64,000 nt of DNA from an uncultured Pseudomonadota bacterium (GTDB lineage Bacteria > Oederibacteriota > Muellerivitia > Muellerivitales > Muellerivitaceae): the NCBI GenBank assembly GCA_963843375.1, contig CAWJKT010000011.1, positions 409,393 through 473,392 on the forward strand, in the 5' to 3' direction. Positions 51,667-60,747 of this stretch are shown here, one piece after another. Position 1 is the stretch's first letter, and each line of letters opens with the position of its first letter. Made by a program: the position numbers and the translations under genes. The notes beneath the pieces are model-generated. The model saw only the letters and a list, made by a program, of their open reading frames with translations. It searched no databases and was not told where the DNA came from.

Positions 51667-52194
51667 CTATTCCTTTTTTGGCGGAAATTGGAAAGCGAGG
51701 TTTTTGAAAACTCGACCGTTGAAATTCACCGATACCAGTACCCCTTGAATCTGAGGAAGGCCCTTTAATGAAGGGTCCGTCAAGGCATAGGAGGAGGTCT
51801 CCCCGAGTTTTTCCCCATTCAAGGGACTCACCACCGCTTTCAATTTTAGCGTTCGGGATGGTTTCGCCAAACGAACGAGTATCACGGTTTGTTTCAGGGG
51901 AACGACTTCTTCAGCTTCCCCATCCAGGATGTAAGCCGATAGGCTTCCCTGAACCGAATCGAAAACCAGTTCCACATGGGCGAAATCGTCCCCCGCATCC
52001 ACCAATAGGCCCCCATGGGGGGCCTTAGGTTCAAAACCAGAATTGGGGGTAGAGGATGGGATTGTCCCACCCTCGTCCGCTTGAGAAAAGCTGTTATAGC
52101 CTCCGGCGATCAAGCCGATGATGAAAACGGCACAAGCCACAAAAACAAAATGAAATGGTTTCATTGTGTTTTCCTCTCGTAATTGATTTCTCAT
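51667..52194 (-). CDS. exported HGG-motif putative metal-binding protein
   Basis: Signal peptide; APHGG...HVELV...YILD. Confidence 0.7.
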   Translation of the reverse strand: MRNQLREENTMKPFHFVFVACAVFIIGLIAGGYNSFSQADEGGTIPSSTPNSGFEPKAPHGGLLVDAGDDFAHVELVFDSVQGSLSAYILDGEAEEVVPLKQTVILVRLAKPSRTLKLKAVVSPLNGEKLGETSSYALTDPSLKGLPQIQGVLVSVNFNGRVFKNLAFQFPPKKE

Positions 52195-53447
52195 GAATGA
52201 GGTTCCAAGTTTCCCGCAACGTCCGTGGAGTAGGCTTGGTAAGCCGGTACGACTCCCGCCAAGGCGCCCAAAAGAACCATCCCGATGGGAACAGCGATCA
52301 GCGCCGGATGAAAGAAAAATGGGTCCACTACGACCCCGGTCTGAGCACGAACCAACCCCGCGGCCAAGAAAAACAAAAGTCCATAAACCAAGTAACCTCC
52401 TAAGGCCCCCAAGGCGGCGATAGAGGCAGCTTCAGTCACCACCGATGCGAACACGGTTCGTCGTTTTGCTCCCAAGGCCCGCAGGATCGCGAATTCCCGA
52501 CGCCTTTCCCTCATGGTGTTATGAAGCGCTGCCAGAATCGAGCAAGCGGCGACGACCATGACCAAGTAGGCCACCAGGGCCAGGATGCGGCTCATCCAAC
52601 CCAGCCGGTTGAAAAGGTCAGCCATGACCCGGCCAATAGGCCAGGCTAGCGTTGCCACCTTGCCTTGCTTGTTGATGGTGTAATCAAGGTTGAACCCTGC
52701 CTGGGGGTCCCTGAGCTTCAACAGAACGGAACTGAGTTCCTTGTCCTCGTCCGGAATAGGCTGGTTCGCTTGGGGGACATAATCCTTGCCCGACCCCCTT
52801 AAGACATGGCCCTTGATCCGATAGAAACCTTCAAGTGGAATGAAGATGACCCGGTCAATCGGTGTATTGGAAGGTTTAAGGATACCTACCACCTGGTAGA
52901 CCTCCTCATGCTGCATGCTGGGATCGAAGGCTAGGCCGTGATAGGGGCGGAAGGTGCTCCCGACATGGAGCCCGCATTGCCGGGCCGTAATGGAGCCCAC
53001 TACCGCTTCCCGGTTTTCCTCATTAAACCATTGTCCGCCTTCCTCCAATTCCAAAGGCTTTCCCGAAGAATTGCGAAGTTCATCCCGGATCGACAGGGTC
53101 GTTCCTAAAATCCGGTACCCGAAGTAATTGTCCCCGACGGCGTAGGGCACCGCTTCCGAAACCCGGGGGTCGGCCTTGATGGTTTCGTAAAGGCTCCAAG
53201 GAATATTGCCGGGTGAAGTTTCTAATTGAAACACGGCATTCAAGACCAACTGGAGTTGGCTACCGCGAGCTCCCAAAACGGCGTCAAAACCACCTGCTCC
53301 GCCCATGAAAGCCGCTCGAGTTTGAGCGGCTAAACCAAAGACGGATAAAGTCAGGCCAACCGCCAAAGCGGCTGAAAAGGCTGTGACGATGGTGGACATG
53401 GCATGCCGCCGTAAACTATGCCCGGCCAGGAAAATTAAAGTATTCAT
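52191..53447 (-). CDS. ABC transporter permease (FtsX/MacB type, ZrgC-like)
   Basis: DAVLGARGSQLQLVLN, GDNYFGYR, ERRREFAILRALGA. Confidence 0.9.
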   Translation of the reverse strand: MNTLIFLAGHSLRRHAMSTIVTAFSAALAVGLTLSVFGLAAQTRAAFMGGAGGFDAVLGARGSQLQLVLNAVFQLETSPGNIPWSLYETIKADPRVSEAVPYAVGDNYFGYRILGTTLSIRDELRNSSGKPLELEEGGQWFNEENREAVVGSITARQCGLHVGSTFRPYHGLAFDPSMQHEEVYQVVGILKPSNTPIDRVIFIPLEGFYRIKGHVLRGSGKDYVPQANQPIPDEDKELSSVLLKLRDPQAGFNLDYTINKQGKVATLAWPIGRVMADLFNRLGWMSRILALVAYLVMVVAACSILAALHNTMRERRREFAILRALGAKRRTVFASVVTEAASIAALGALGGYLVYGLLFFLAAGLVRAQTGVVVDPFFFHPALIAVPIGMVLLGALAGVVPAYQAYSTDVAGNLEPHS

Positions 53448-54133
53448 GACTTCACCTCCTGGTGCGCGTGAAGCGCGCGGTTCAGGCGGTCGAATTGCTG
53501 GACATGTTTGAAATTGGATAATACGTCCCTGTCATGGCTTACCACCAGTAACGCCGCGCCGAATTCCCGGCAAACTTCGCGCATGAGATTGACGGCTTCC
53601 CGTCCCCGGACATGGTCCAGATGGGCCGTGGGTTCATCGGCCATCACCAGCCGCGGCCGGTTGGCTAGGGCCCGCGCTACGGCAACCCGCTGTTGCTGAC
53701 CCATGGAAAGCTGACGGGGATAATGGTGAAGCCTTTCCGAAAGGCCCATCCGCTTTAACAGCGAAACGGCTTTTTCCTGATCGACTCCCTTACCGAATCG
53801 CATGGCCAATTCGACGTTTTCCAGGGAAGTCATTCCTTGAAGAAGATTGAAATTTTGAAAAACGTAACCCAGGAGGCTGGAACGCAGGCCGTCCCGTCCG
53901 GCTTCGGGAAGAAGATCCATCCTTTTTCCATCAAGACTGATCTCACCGCTGTCGGGTTTGAGGACGCCCGAAATAAGGTGTAAAAAGGTTGTCTTTCCCG
54001 ATCCGCTTTCTCCGGCCAGGGCCATTTCGGCCCCCGAATCCAAATAAAAATGGTCCACGTCCACAATCAAACGCGACCCGCCTTCAACCGACGGGAAGGA
54101 TTTTTTAAGTTTAGTGACTTCCAAGACTTTCAT
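53444..54133 (-). CDS. ABC transporter ATP-binding protein (LolD/ZrgB-like)
   Basis: GESGSGKT, LSMGQQQR, ADEPT, SHD; 4-nt overlap with the permease. Confidence 0.93.
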   Translation of the reverse strand: MKVLEVTKLKKSFPSVEGGSRLIVDVDHFYLDSGAEMALAGESGSGKTTFLHLISGVLKPDSGEISLDGKRMDLLPEAGRDGLRSSLLGYVFQNFNLLQGMTSLENVELAMRFGKGVDQEKAVSLLKRMGLSERLHHYPRQLSMGQQQRVAVARALANRPRLVMADEPTAHLDHVRGREAVNLMREVCREFGAALLVVSHDRDVLSNFKHVQQFDRLNRALHAHQEVKS

Positions 54134-54201
54134 TCTTTTCTCGCTTTCTAATTCTGTTTTCAGGATTCCTGTTTTTTCTTAAAAGGTCTAAGGAAAGAAA
54201 T

Positions 54202-54244
54202 GGCAAGACGCCGGTTGGCCCCTGAAAACCAACCGGCATTTGCC
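54202..54244 (-). other. intercistronic stem-loop after the TonB receptor gene
   Basis: ggcaa..gccggttgg / ccaaccggc..ttgcc. Confidence 0.5.
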
Positions 54245-54271
54245 TTGTTGCAATTGAATAAAATCCTTGGC

Positions 54272-56734
54272 TTAAATCTCCTCGGCCAAGCGGAAGACGA
54301 ATTCCCGGCCATTTTCATAATGATTGCCGTTGTAGCCGTCATTAATGAAAATAACGTAAGAATAATTGTTGATGTTGATCACATCCAAGCTAGCCTTCAG
54401 GCCGTTCAAGCCCGTGCCCTTCTTAAAGGCGTAACCGATGGTCAAGTCCTCGGTGTAATGCGCCGGCAACCGCTCGCTCAGCGCCGGTCCGGAACTCAAG
54501 CCCCCGCCGAAATAGCCGGTGGTGGTGATCCACAAATCGCCTGGATCATAAGTCAAACCGAAATTAACCGTGTGAATCTCATCGTGGTCCAGGGGTTCCC
54601 AGACCCCTTGGGGCGGAAGTTCCGCCTGGGTAAAGGCGAAGTCGCCTCCGCTGATCCCTTCCCCTTCGGCGAGGCAATAGGTATAGTTAGCGAAATCGGA
54701 CCAATCCTTATCCAATTTTCCGCGTAAGGAAACTTCAATGCCCTGGGCGAAACCCTGAGCGTAATTGAAGGGCTGGTCGATGCCGGTGTTCAACAGCTGG
54801 GACTCGTCCAACATGTTGGTAGCGAGCTTTAAGTAACCGTTGAGAGTGAAAAGTTGGGCACCCATCTGCTGGGCCCAACCCGCCTCGAAGTAATCGTCCT
54901 TTTCGGCCTTGATGTTATAAGGAACCAGCGCTTGACCTACGCCCAGGTTGACAAAAGTATCTTTCAAATCCTCCGGAGGAGCGGGCATGAAAAGTTTGCC
55001 GTAATAAAAGTGTATCTTGGTGTTATCCGAAGGCAAGAGACTTAACCCGATTCGTGGTTCCACATCATAATCGTTGTCCTGAACTTGGCCGGTGGCTCCC
55101 CCGATATTCAACGTGTATTGGGTTGCGTCAAACCGGACACCGCCGCTGAGGACCAGCCATTTGGCCAGGGTCATCTCGTCCTGGGCATAAACCCCCTCTT
55201 CAAAGCCAAGATCCGAGGAATCATCATAGGCGGTTGTTTCCGGCAGGGGACCGGTTCCTGGGTTGGCGACCTCAAGAACCGAAACCGGTCCGTAGGATTG
55301 GGTCAGGAGCAATTGAGTTCCCGCCTTGAACAGGTTGTTGGAATCCGGGCGTAAAGTGTAATCCCCCTGCATCCCGTAATTGTCGCTGGTGCGGTCCTGC
55401 GAATAGGAGGAATCCATCAGAGTGACGCCGTCACTGTTGAGCCAATTGGCCGCGATGGAATTATTCGCGGGGTTTGAAGCGAAAGCCAAGTCATTCGCCG
55501 GATCGCCGTTAAAGACCAGGTTGGACTCTTTGAAATACGGCGATAATATTATGAAGGAACTGTCATCAAAGGTATGGTTCCAACTGAACGCGACATACCG
55601 GTTGGACTCTTCCTGGGTGTCGTTGGTGGTGGAAGGCACGTAATTGAAAGGCCCGTTTCCCAGGCTGTCCGTATAGCCGTTGAAATAGGCGAAATTAGGC
55701 CCGCCCGGATCGAAAGAACTGTCATAATCCGGTATCTGGTTGAATTTGCTCTCGCTGAAGGCGACGAGGGACAATTTATTGGTGTTGTCCGCCTGCCAGT
55801 CCAGCTTTATAAATTCGTCCGCCCCATATTCCTGGTCATGGACCACATCTTGGCTTCCACCGTCCTGGTCGGCATTGATATTGGCGGGGGCGGGTGTGTC
55901 CAAGCCCCTGCCGGTGGAGGAACCGTTCACCGAAAGAAGGTAATGGGCGGCGCCCGTTGTATCAGCGCCGCCGTAGGTGGCGTAAGTCTGGGTCTGGTTA
56001 TAAGACCCGAAACTGGTCCCGATTTCCCCGCCCGCTTCGGTTCCGCCGGATTTGGTCACAATATTTACTACTCCCGCCAAACGGTTGCCGAATTCCGGCT
56101 GAAGGCCGCCCGTCAGGATTTCCATGTGGTCGATATTGACCGGGGTGAAGGCCTCGCCGAATGAACCACCCACCGAATCGGGCAATTGAATGCCGTCAAC
56201 GTCATATTGCAAGTTGGCGTGGTTGCCGCGGGTGAAGACCTGGCCCAGAAACCCTTCCCAAAATCCGGGAGTAGTGTCATACAACAAATGACGCACATCC
56301 TGGGTGTTACCCTGGGGAAGCTGCTCGATGTCGCTTTGGTCCAGGGTCCGGCTGCTTTCGGGAGACGAGGTGATCTCGTTGCGTTTCGCGGTCACCTTCA
56401 TTTCCATTTCCCCCGGCGTCAAACGGATTTCCAAGGGGGTGTTACTTCCCGCGACCGTTACGGTGGTTTTATAAGGACTAAACCCATCGGCGGTGATGGA
56501 CACCACATAATCCCCGATCGTCAACGGGAAAGCCTGGAAAGTTCCCGTGGTCGAAGAGGTTAAATCCTTTTCGATGCCGTTTCCCGTGATCGTTACTTTG
56601 GCATTGGGAACGGCGATACCCTTATCGTCCAAAACGGTCCCGGAAAGGGCCCCGTTCACTGTGGCCCAAGCGTGTCCTGCGCAAATACCGAAAAGCATCA
56701 ACAACAGTAAAAACGACTTCTTATAAATGGTCAT
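54272..56734 (-). CDS. TonB-dependent receptor with N-terminal carboxypeptidase-regulatory-like domain
   Basis: GTVLD..G..VPNAKV; RGNHANLQYDVDGI; EFGNRLAGVVNIVTKSG; beta-barrel C-terminus. Confidence 0.92.
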   Translation of the reverse strand: MTIYKKSFLLLLMLFGICAGHAWATVNGALSGTVLDDKGIAVPNAKVTITGNGIEKDLTSSTTGTFQAFPLTIGDYVVSITADGFSPYKTTVTVAGSNTPLEIRLTPGEMEMKVTAKRNEITSSPESSRTLDQSDIEQLPQGNTQDVRHLLYDTTPGFWEGFLGQVFTRGNHANLQYDVDGIQLPDSVGGSFGEAFTPVNIDHMEILTGGLQPEFGNRLAGVVNIVTKSGGTEAGGEIGTSFGSYNQTQTYATYGGADTTGAAHYLLSVNGSSTGRGLDTPAPANINADQDGGSQDVVHDQEYGADEFIKLDWQADNTNKLSLVAFSESKFNQIPDYDSSFDPGGPNFAYFNGYTDSLGNGPFNYVPSTTNDTQEESNRYVAFSWNHTFDDSSFIILSPYFKESNLVFNGDPANDLAFASNPANNSIAANWLNSDGVTLMDSSYSQDRTSDNYGMQGDYTLRPDSNNLFKAGTQLLLTQSYGPVSVLEVANPGTGPLPETTAYDDSSDLGFEEGVYAQDEMTLAKWLVLSGGVRFDATQYTLNIGGATGQVQDNDYDVEPRIGLSLLPSDNTKIHFYYGKLFMPAPPEDLKDTFVNLGVGQALVPYNIKAEKDDYFEAGWAQQMGAQLFTLNGYLKLATNMLDESQLLNTGIDQPFNYAQGFAQGIEVSLRGKLDKDWSDFANYTYCLAEGEGISGGDFAFTQAELPPQGVWEPLDHDEIHTVNFGLTYDPGDLWITTTGYFGGGLSSGPALSERLPAHYTEDLTIGYAFKKGTGLNGLKASLDVININNYSYVIFINDGYNGNHYENGREFVFRLAEEI

Positions 56735-56917
56735 TCTTGTCCCCTTAATTAAATGGAATTCATGGGTTAGCAACCATTCAAACCATCATGGCGAATGGGA
56801 TAACTCCACGGAAAATAGATTTAGTTGTGACGGGATTATTGCGATTGGGTTAAACCCGAACGAAAATCCCCCTGAAAACCGAAATTCAACCCCGAAGTGT
56901 CTGGGCTGAAACTATCG

Positions 56918-57211
56918 TTACAGGAGGATGGAAGGAGGTGCCCGACCAAGAGACGGAAAGGATTTGAAAGATGAAATTAAAGTTAGAGGCGTGAAGATGA
57001 AAAGTGAAACAAAAACAAGGGAGTGAAATAGGATGGGAGGAGTAGGCGTTGAAGGTGCGCTGGAACCGGTCAATTGCCAGGCGCAAAGCGAGCAATCATC
57101 ATGGCTTTCGAGATTGTCGTGGTGGTGGGAACCTTCTATCGCCAAAACCAGAACAAACGAAAGGAAAGAGAAGGTTACGAATGAAAAAATATTTTTACGA
57201 AATAACTTCAT
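56918..57211 (-). CDS. DUF2946/CruR-like upstream ORF (His-rich, CxxC, RAPP)
   Basis: TM helix - SHHHD..SHDDCSLC - hydrophobic stretch - GRAPP near the C-terminus; directly upstream of the TBDT; alternative start 57232. Confidence 0.85.
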   Translation of the reverse strand: MKLFRKNIFSFVTFSFLSFVLVLAIEGSHHHDNLESHDDCSLCAWQLTGSSAPSTPTPPILFHSLVFVSLFIFTPLTLISSFKSFPSLGRAPPSILL

Positions 57212-57259
57212 GCGCCCAGGACACTCCTGCATCTTTTAAGTGGTACTCGAAGGATCGTC

Positions 57260-57289
57260 ATTCTAACCTTGAGTTTCTTTTTATTTCAA
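57260..57289 (-). promoter_or_regulatory. candidate sigma70 promoter of the metal operon
   Basis: TTGAAA-N18-TAGAAT on the minus strand. Confidence 0.35.
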
Positions 57290-57665
57290 TCCTCTTTGAA
57301 AAAAGGTGAGGTGTGGGGCGGGAACACCCTGCCTTGCCGAAGGAAAAAAGGCCTGCAGATAAGGGGCCTTGGCTTTTAGCAGAGTAGCCTGGTTTGGCGG
57401 AAGGAAAAACTGCTTTCGTGGGTAAAGATCAAAGGTCATGGATCGTGATTCCCGAGTCTCTGGAGGAAATAAAATCCGGCGGGTTAACGGCCGTTCGATT
57501 CTTCCCCAAATTTCAAGAAAAGGACGAGTATATTACCCAAAACCATGTTTTTATCTCGAGCAAGAAGGGCATAGCTTAGTTCCGGTAAGTCCAAGACTTA
57601 CCCCAAATGAACAAACCGCAAAGCGGAAGTTCTATATAGTCGAATTCTAAAGAGGCGTATTTGAA

Positions 57666-58784
57666 TTGAAGACAGATACTTCCACTAAAAATATCCAGTT
57701 GATCGATCTCGTCAGGACCCTGGCTATTTTCATGGTTATGGCGGGCCACTTAAAACCGACCCTCCCTCTGCCTAGCGAAGCTTTTCGCTGGGGCTGGGAT
57801 CACTTCCAAAGAACTGGGCCCGAGGGAGTTTACCTTTTCTTCGTGGTTTCGGGTTTTCTCATCACGCGAATCATCGACTTGGGGCTTGGAGGGGTGCTTC
57901 AACCGAGCTGGAAATATTTTTACATCCGCAGGGTTGCTAGAATCGTCCCGCTTTTCCTTTTACAGGTTTTATTGGGCTTGGCATTTATCTTCTTTTTTTC
58001 CGACGGGTCCAAAAAATTCATTTTTTGTTTTAAATTGCCCGATTCTCCGGGGGAATTCACTTTTTGGATTTCTTTATTCACTTTTTCGTTTAATTGGGCT
58101 TCGGCCCTTTTTTCGGGAATTTGGAAAGGCATCGGCCATCATTGGTCGATTTTTTGGTCTCTTGCCATTGAGGAGCAATTTTATCTTTTTTACCCCCTGG
58201 CCCTGAAATTCATGGGAAGCATGAAAAAAATATTTTTGTTTTTAGGCATGGTGGTTTTTCTTTCTTACGGTGGACAATGGGAATTATCGAATTCATTCCC
58301 CGATTTACCCGTTGAAGTTGGGATTTATACCGGGGCTTATGGCCGGATCGCCCTGGGAGCCCTCCTTTATTTAACCTTTAAATATTGCGGTCCTTATTTT
58401 TTAAACCGAAAGGCCGCGAGTTTTTTGGTCACCCTTGCGGGTTTTTCCGCCTTCGTGCCCTTGTATTTTTTTGATCTGGATTTCCTGAGCCATCTTCTGG
58501 TCTCCGTTGGAATCTTTTTATTTTTGCTGGCGGGGATGAACCTATCTTTTTTTCAGTCGAAGGCCTTAAGAATATTCTCTCTGCCCGGACGGTATAGTTA
58601 TGGGAACTATCTCTTCCATATTATGATTCTTTATTTGATTCATTCGTTTTTATGGAACCTTAATATCATTGTGGCTTTCCTGGTTTATGCGGTGACCACA
58701 ACGGCCCTTGCCGCTGTTTCGTTTCACTTTTTCGAAACTCCCGCCAATCATTTTATAAGAAAGTTATTCGGAGTTAAAAGCTGA
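57666..58784 (+). CDS. acyltransferase 3 (OafA-like)
   Basis: IDLVRTLA, FFVVSGFLI, RRVARI.P, WSLAIEEQFY, SYGNYLFH. Confidence 0.9.
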   Translation: MKTDTSTKNIQLIDLVRTLAIFMVMAGHLKPTLPLPSEAFRWGWDHFQRTGPEGVYLFFVVSGFLITRIIDLGLGGVLQPSWKYFYIRRVARIVPLFLLQVLLGLAFIFFFSDGSKKFIFCFKLPDSPGEFTFWISLFTFSFNWASALFSGIWKGIGHHWSIFWSLAIEEQFYLFYPLALKFMGSMKKIFLFLGMVVFLSYGGQWELSNSFPDLPVEVGIYTGAYGRIALGALLYLTFKYCGPYFLNRKAASFLVTLAGFSAFVPLYFFDLDFLSHLLVSVGIFLFLLAGMNLSFFQSKALRIFSLPGRYSYGNYLFHIMILYLIHSFLWNLNIIVAFLVYAVTTTALAAVSFHFFETPANHFIRKLFGVKS

Positions 58785-58788
58785 GGGG

Positions 58789-59445
58789 TTAAAACTTTGA
58801 GTATTTATCCCCTAAGCCGGACAAAAGCAGGACCCCCGCGATTCCAAAAGCAACTGCGGCGATCTTTTGAAGAAGCGGGGGGCTAATCGATTTTTTGGCG
58901 TGATGCCCGATCCAAACGCCCAAAGCGGTGGTCGACCAAAGGGCCAGGGTGGCGGAAATAAATATGGTCAAGGGTTTGTGGGTTTTGGCCACCAGGGTGG
59001 CGGCGGCCAATTGGGTCAAGTCGCCCCACTCGGCGATAAAGATGACCACAAAGGATGTCCAGAAGATTTTCCATAAATCCCCTTGGGTTTGAGACCGTTT
59101 ATTTTCTTCATTATCCCTGCGTCTGAACCACATGAGGAAAGCGAAGATCAAGAAAACAATTCCAGAACCCGTGTGGACGATATGGGCAGGCAGAAGACTC
59201 AAGAGGCTTCCGCAAAGCACCGCTACGATATTTTGGATAACGAAAGCCAGGCAAACCCCTGTAAATACCGCTATGGGGTGATGACGGCTGGCGAGAATCA
59301 CAATGGCCACCGCGGTCTTGTCCGGCAGTTCGGCCAGGACGATCAGCATGAATGTGGAAAAGAAAAGCGTCCAATCGAAGCCGGTTTGAAAAAAGTTTAT
59401 TTCCATAGGTTGGGTCATCATATCCAGCCCCCGGCGGGGTTCCAC
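58789..59445 (-). CDS. TMEM165/GDT1 (UPF0016) Mn/Ca exporter
   Basis: ELPDKT and EWGDLTQ motifs; start uncertain. Confidence 0.9.
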   Translation of the reverse strand: MEPRRGLDMMTQPMEINFFQTGFDWTLFFSTFMLIVLAELPDKTAVAIVILASRHHPIAVFTGVCLAFVIQNIVAVLCGSLLSLLPAHIVHTGSGIVFLIFAFLMWFRRRDNEENKRSQTQGDLWKIFWTSFVVIFIAEWGDLTQLAAATLVAKTHKPLTIFISATLALWSTTALGVWIGHHAKKSISPPLLQKIAAVAFGIAGVLLLSGLGDKYSKF

Positions 59446-59979
59446 TTAATTTTCCGTTAAAAAAGATGCTTTAACAGGCGTCATTATTGAATCTTTTTAC
59501 CCATCCCTGAATCCTCATTTCGACGGCGAGAGACTGCCGATGGTGAAAATCCGAAAGAGTGATTCCTGAAACTTTTTTTACCGCATTGATGGGTTATTTG
59601 TTTTTGGGGCGAACGGGTCTAGCGTCGCCGCAAAAAGATCCAACAGAACAAGAAAAGTTTCACAAGGTGAACAAGGAAATTAAGGCAAACCAAATTGGGC
59701 AAACCGCCAATGATAATTGAATCACGGATACGTTTTGGACAGGATCTGGTTTCAACTATGTAAACAAAACTCGAACCATACCATTTTTAGATGGTTTTTA
59801 AAGGGTGGACCCTCAGGCTGGCGTCCTTTTTAGGGCTTGGGAAAAGGGAAACCCAAGGCAATCCCCCCGGGGTTTTCCGGTTTTTGGATGAAAAAGATTG
59901 CGCCTGTCACGGGAATAATGCATGCTGGTAACCAGCGGGTTGTTGGACCGGAAGCTTATTTTTTTTCCAAGGAGGAAGC

Positions 59980-60168
59980 ATGAAGTCTTTGTCTAAGCTG
60001 TTCGTTCGTTTAATGATGTGTGTTTTGTTCATGACAGGAGTCGGATTGGCATTCGCGGATGATCACCCGATGGATCACAAGGTCATCCACCATCACAAAA
60101 AGAGACGCCATCACAAACCCCCTCATCACGTTGACCATCCGATGGATCATCCGGACGATCATCATTAA
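59980..60168 (+). CDS. small exported His-rich peptide
   Basis: AAGGAGG RBS; signal ends AFA; mature part has 13 His in 36 aa. Confidence 0.8.
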   Translation: MKSLSKLFVRLMMCVLFMTGVGLAFADDHPMDHKVIHHHKKRRHHKPPHHVDHPMDHPDDHH

Positions 60169-60209
60169 TTAAAGGGTCCGGTTTAAAAGCCGGGCTTAAC
60201 AAGGCGGGG

Positions 60210-60244
60210 AAAAAAGGCGGGGCCGAAAGGCTCCGCCTTTTTTT
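60210..60244. terminator. bidirectional terminator
   Basis: aaaaaaggcggggcc gaaa ggctccgcctttttt between convergent genes. Confidence 0.8.
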
Positions 60245-60575
60245 ATGCCCATTTCTTGAAAACGAAAAAGACCGCGCCGATCATGAAAGCGAATCCCACG
60301 AGGTAATTCCATTTCAAATCCTCCTTCAGGTAAAAAACCGAGAAACCGCAAAAGACGATGAGGGTGATGACTTCCTGGATCGTCTTTAATTGGGCGGTGG
60401 AGAATTCATAACTACCGATGCGGTTGGCGGGTACCTGGAAGCAGTACTCGAAAAAAGCGATTCCCCAACTCACCAGGATGGCCATCCAAAGGGGCGAACT
60501 CCTGTACTTGAGATGACCGTACCAGGCGGAGGTCATGAAGATATTGGAAACCAGAAGCAAGGCAATGGTGCGCAT
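60243..60575 (-). CDS. DMT family protein (DUF486)
   Basis: SNIFMT.AWYGHL, SWGIAFFEY..QVPANRIG, QLKTIQEVITL. Confidence 0.9.
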   Translation of the reverse strand: MRTIALLLVSNIFMTSAWYGHLKYRSSPLWMAILVSWGIAFFEYCFQVPANRIGSYEFSTAQLKTIQEVITLIVFCGFSVFYLKEDLKWNYLVGFAFMIGAVFFVFKKWA

Positions 60576-60747
60576 GGAGCGAAGTCCCCTTTCCTCTAAA
60601 TTAAATGGGTCGACCATTCAAATTAACCCCGCACCCCCGTTAAAACAACGGGGTTCCCGTCAGGGCCCAAAGGGAATAACGCCTTGAAGCTCCTTCGGAA
60701 ACGCCCTAAACTGTCGCTCCATTCACCAAGGAAAGAAAGGTTTTAAC

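Noticed and set aside
59446..59979. yybP-ykoY Mn riboswitch upstream of the GDT1 gene
   Set aside because: Core GGGGAGUA motif not found on the minus strand
60576..60747. SAM/SAH/cobalamin riboswitch before metH
   Set aside because: No recognisable consensus by eye; an Rfam scan would be decisive
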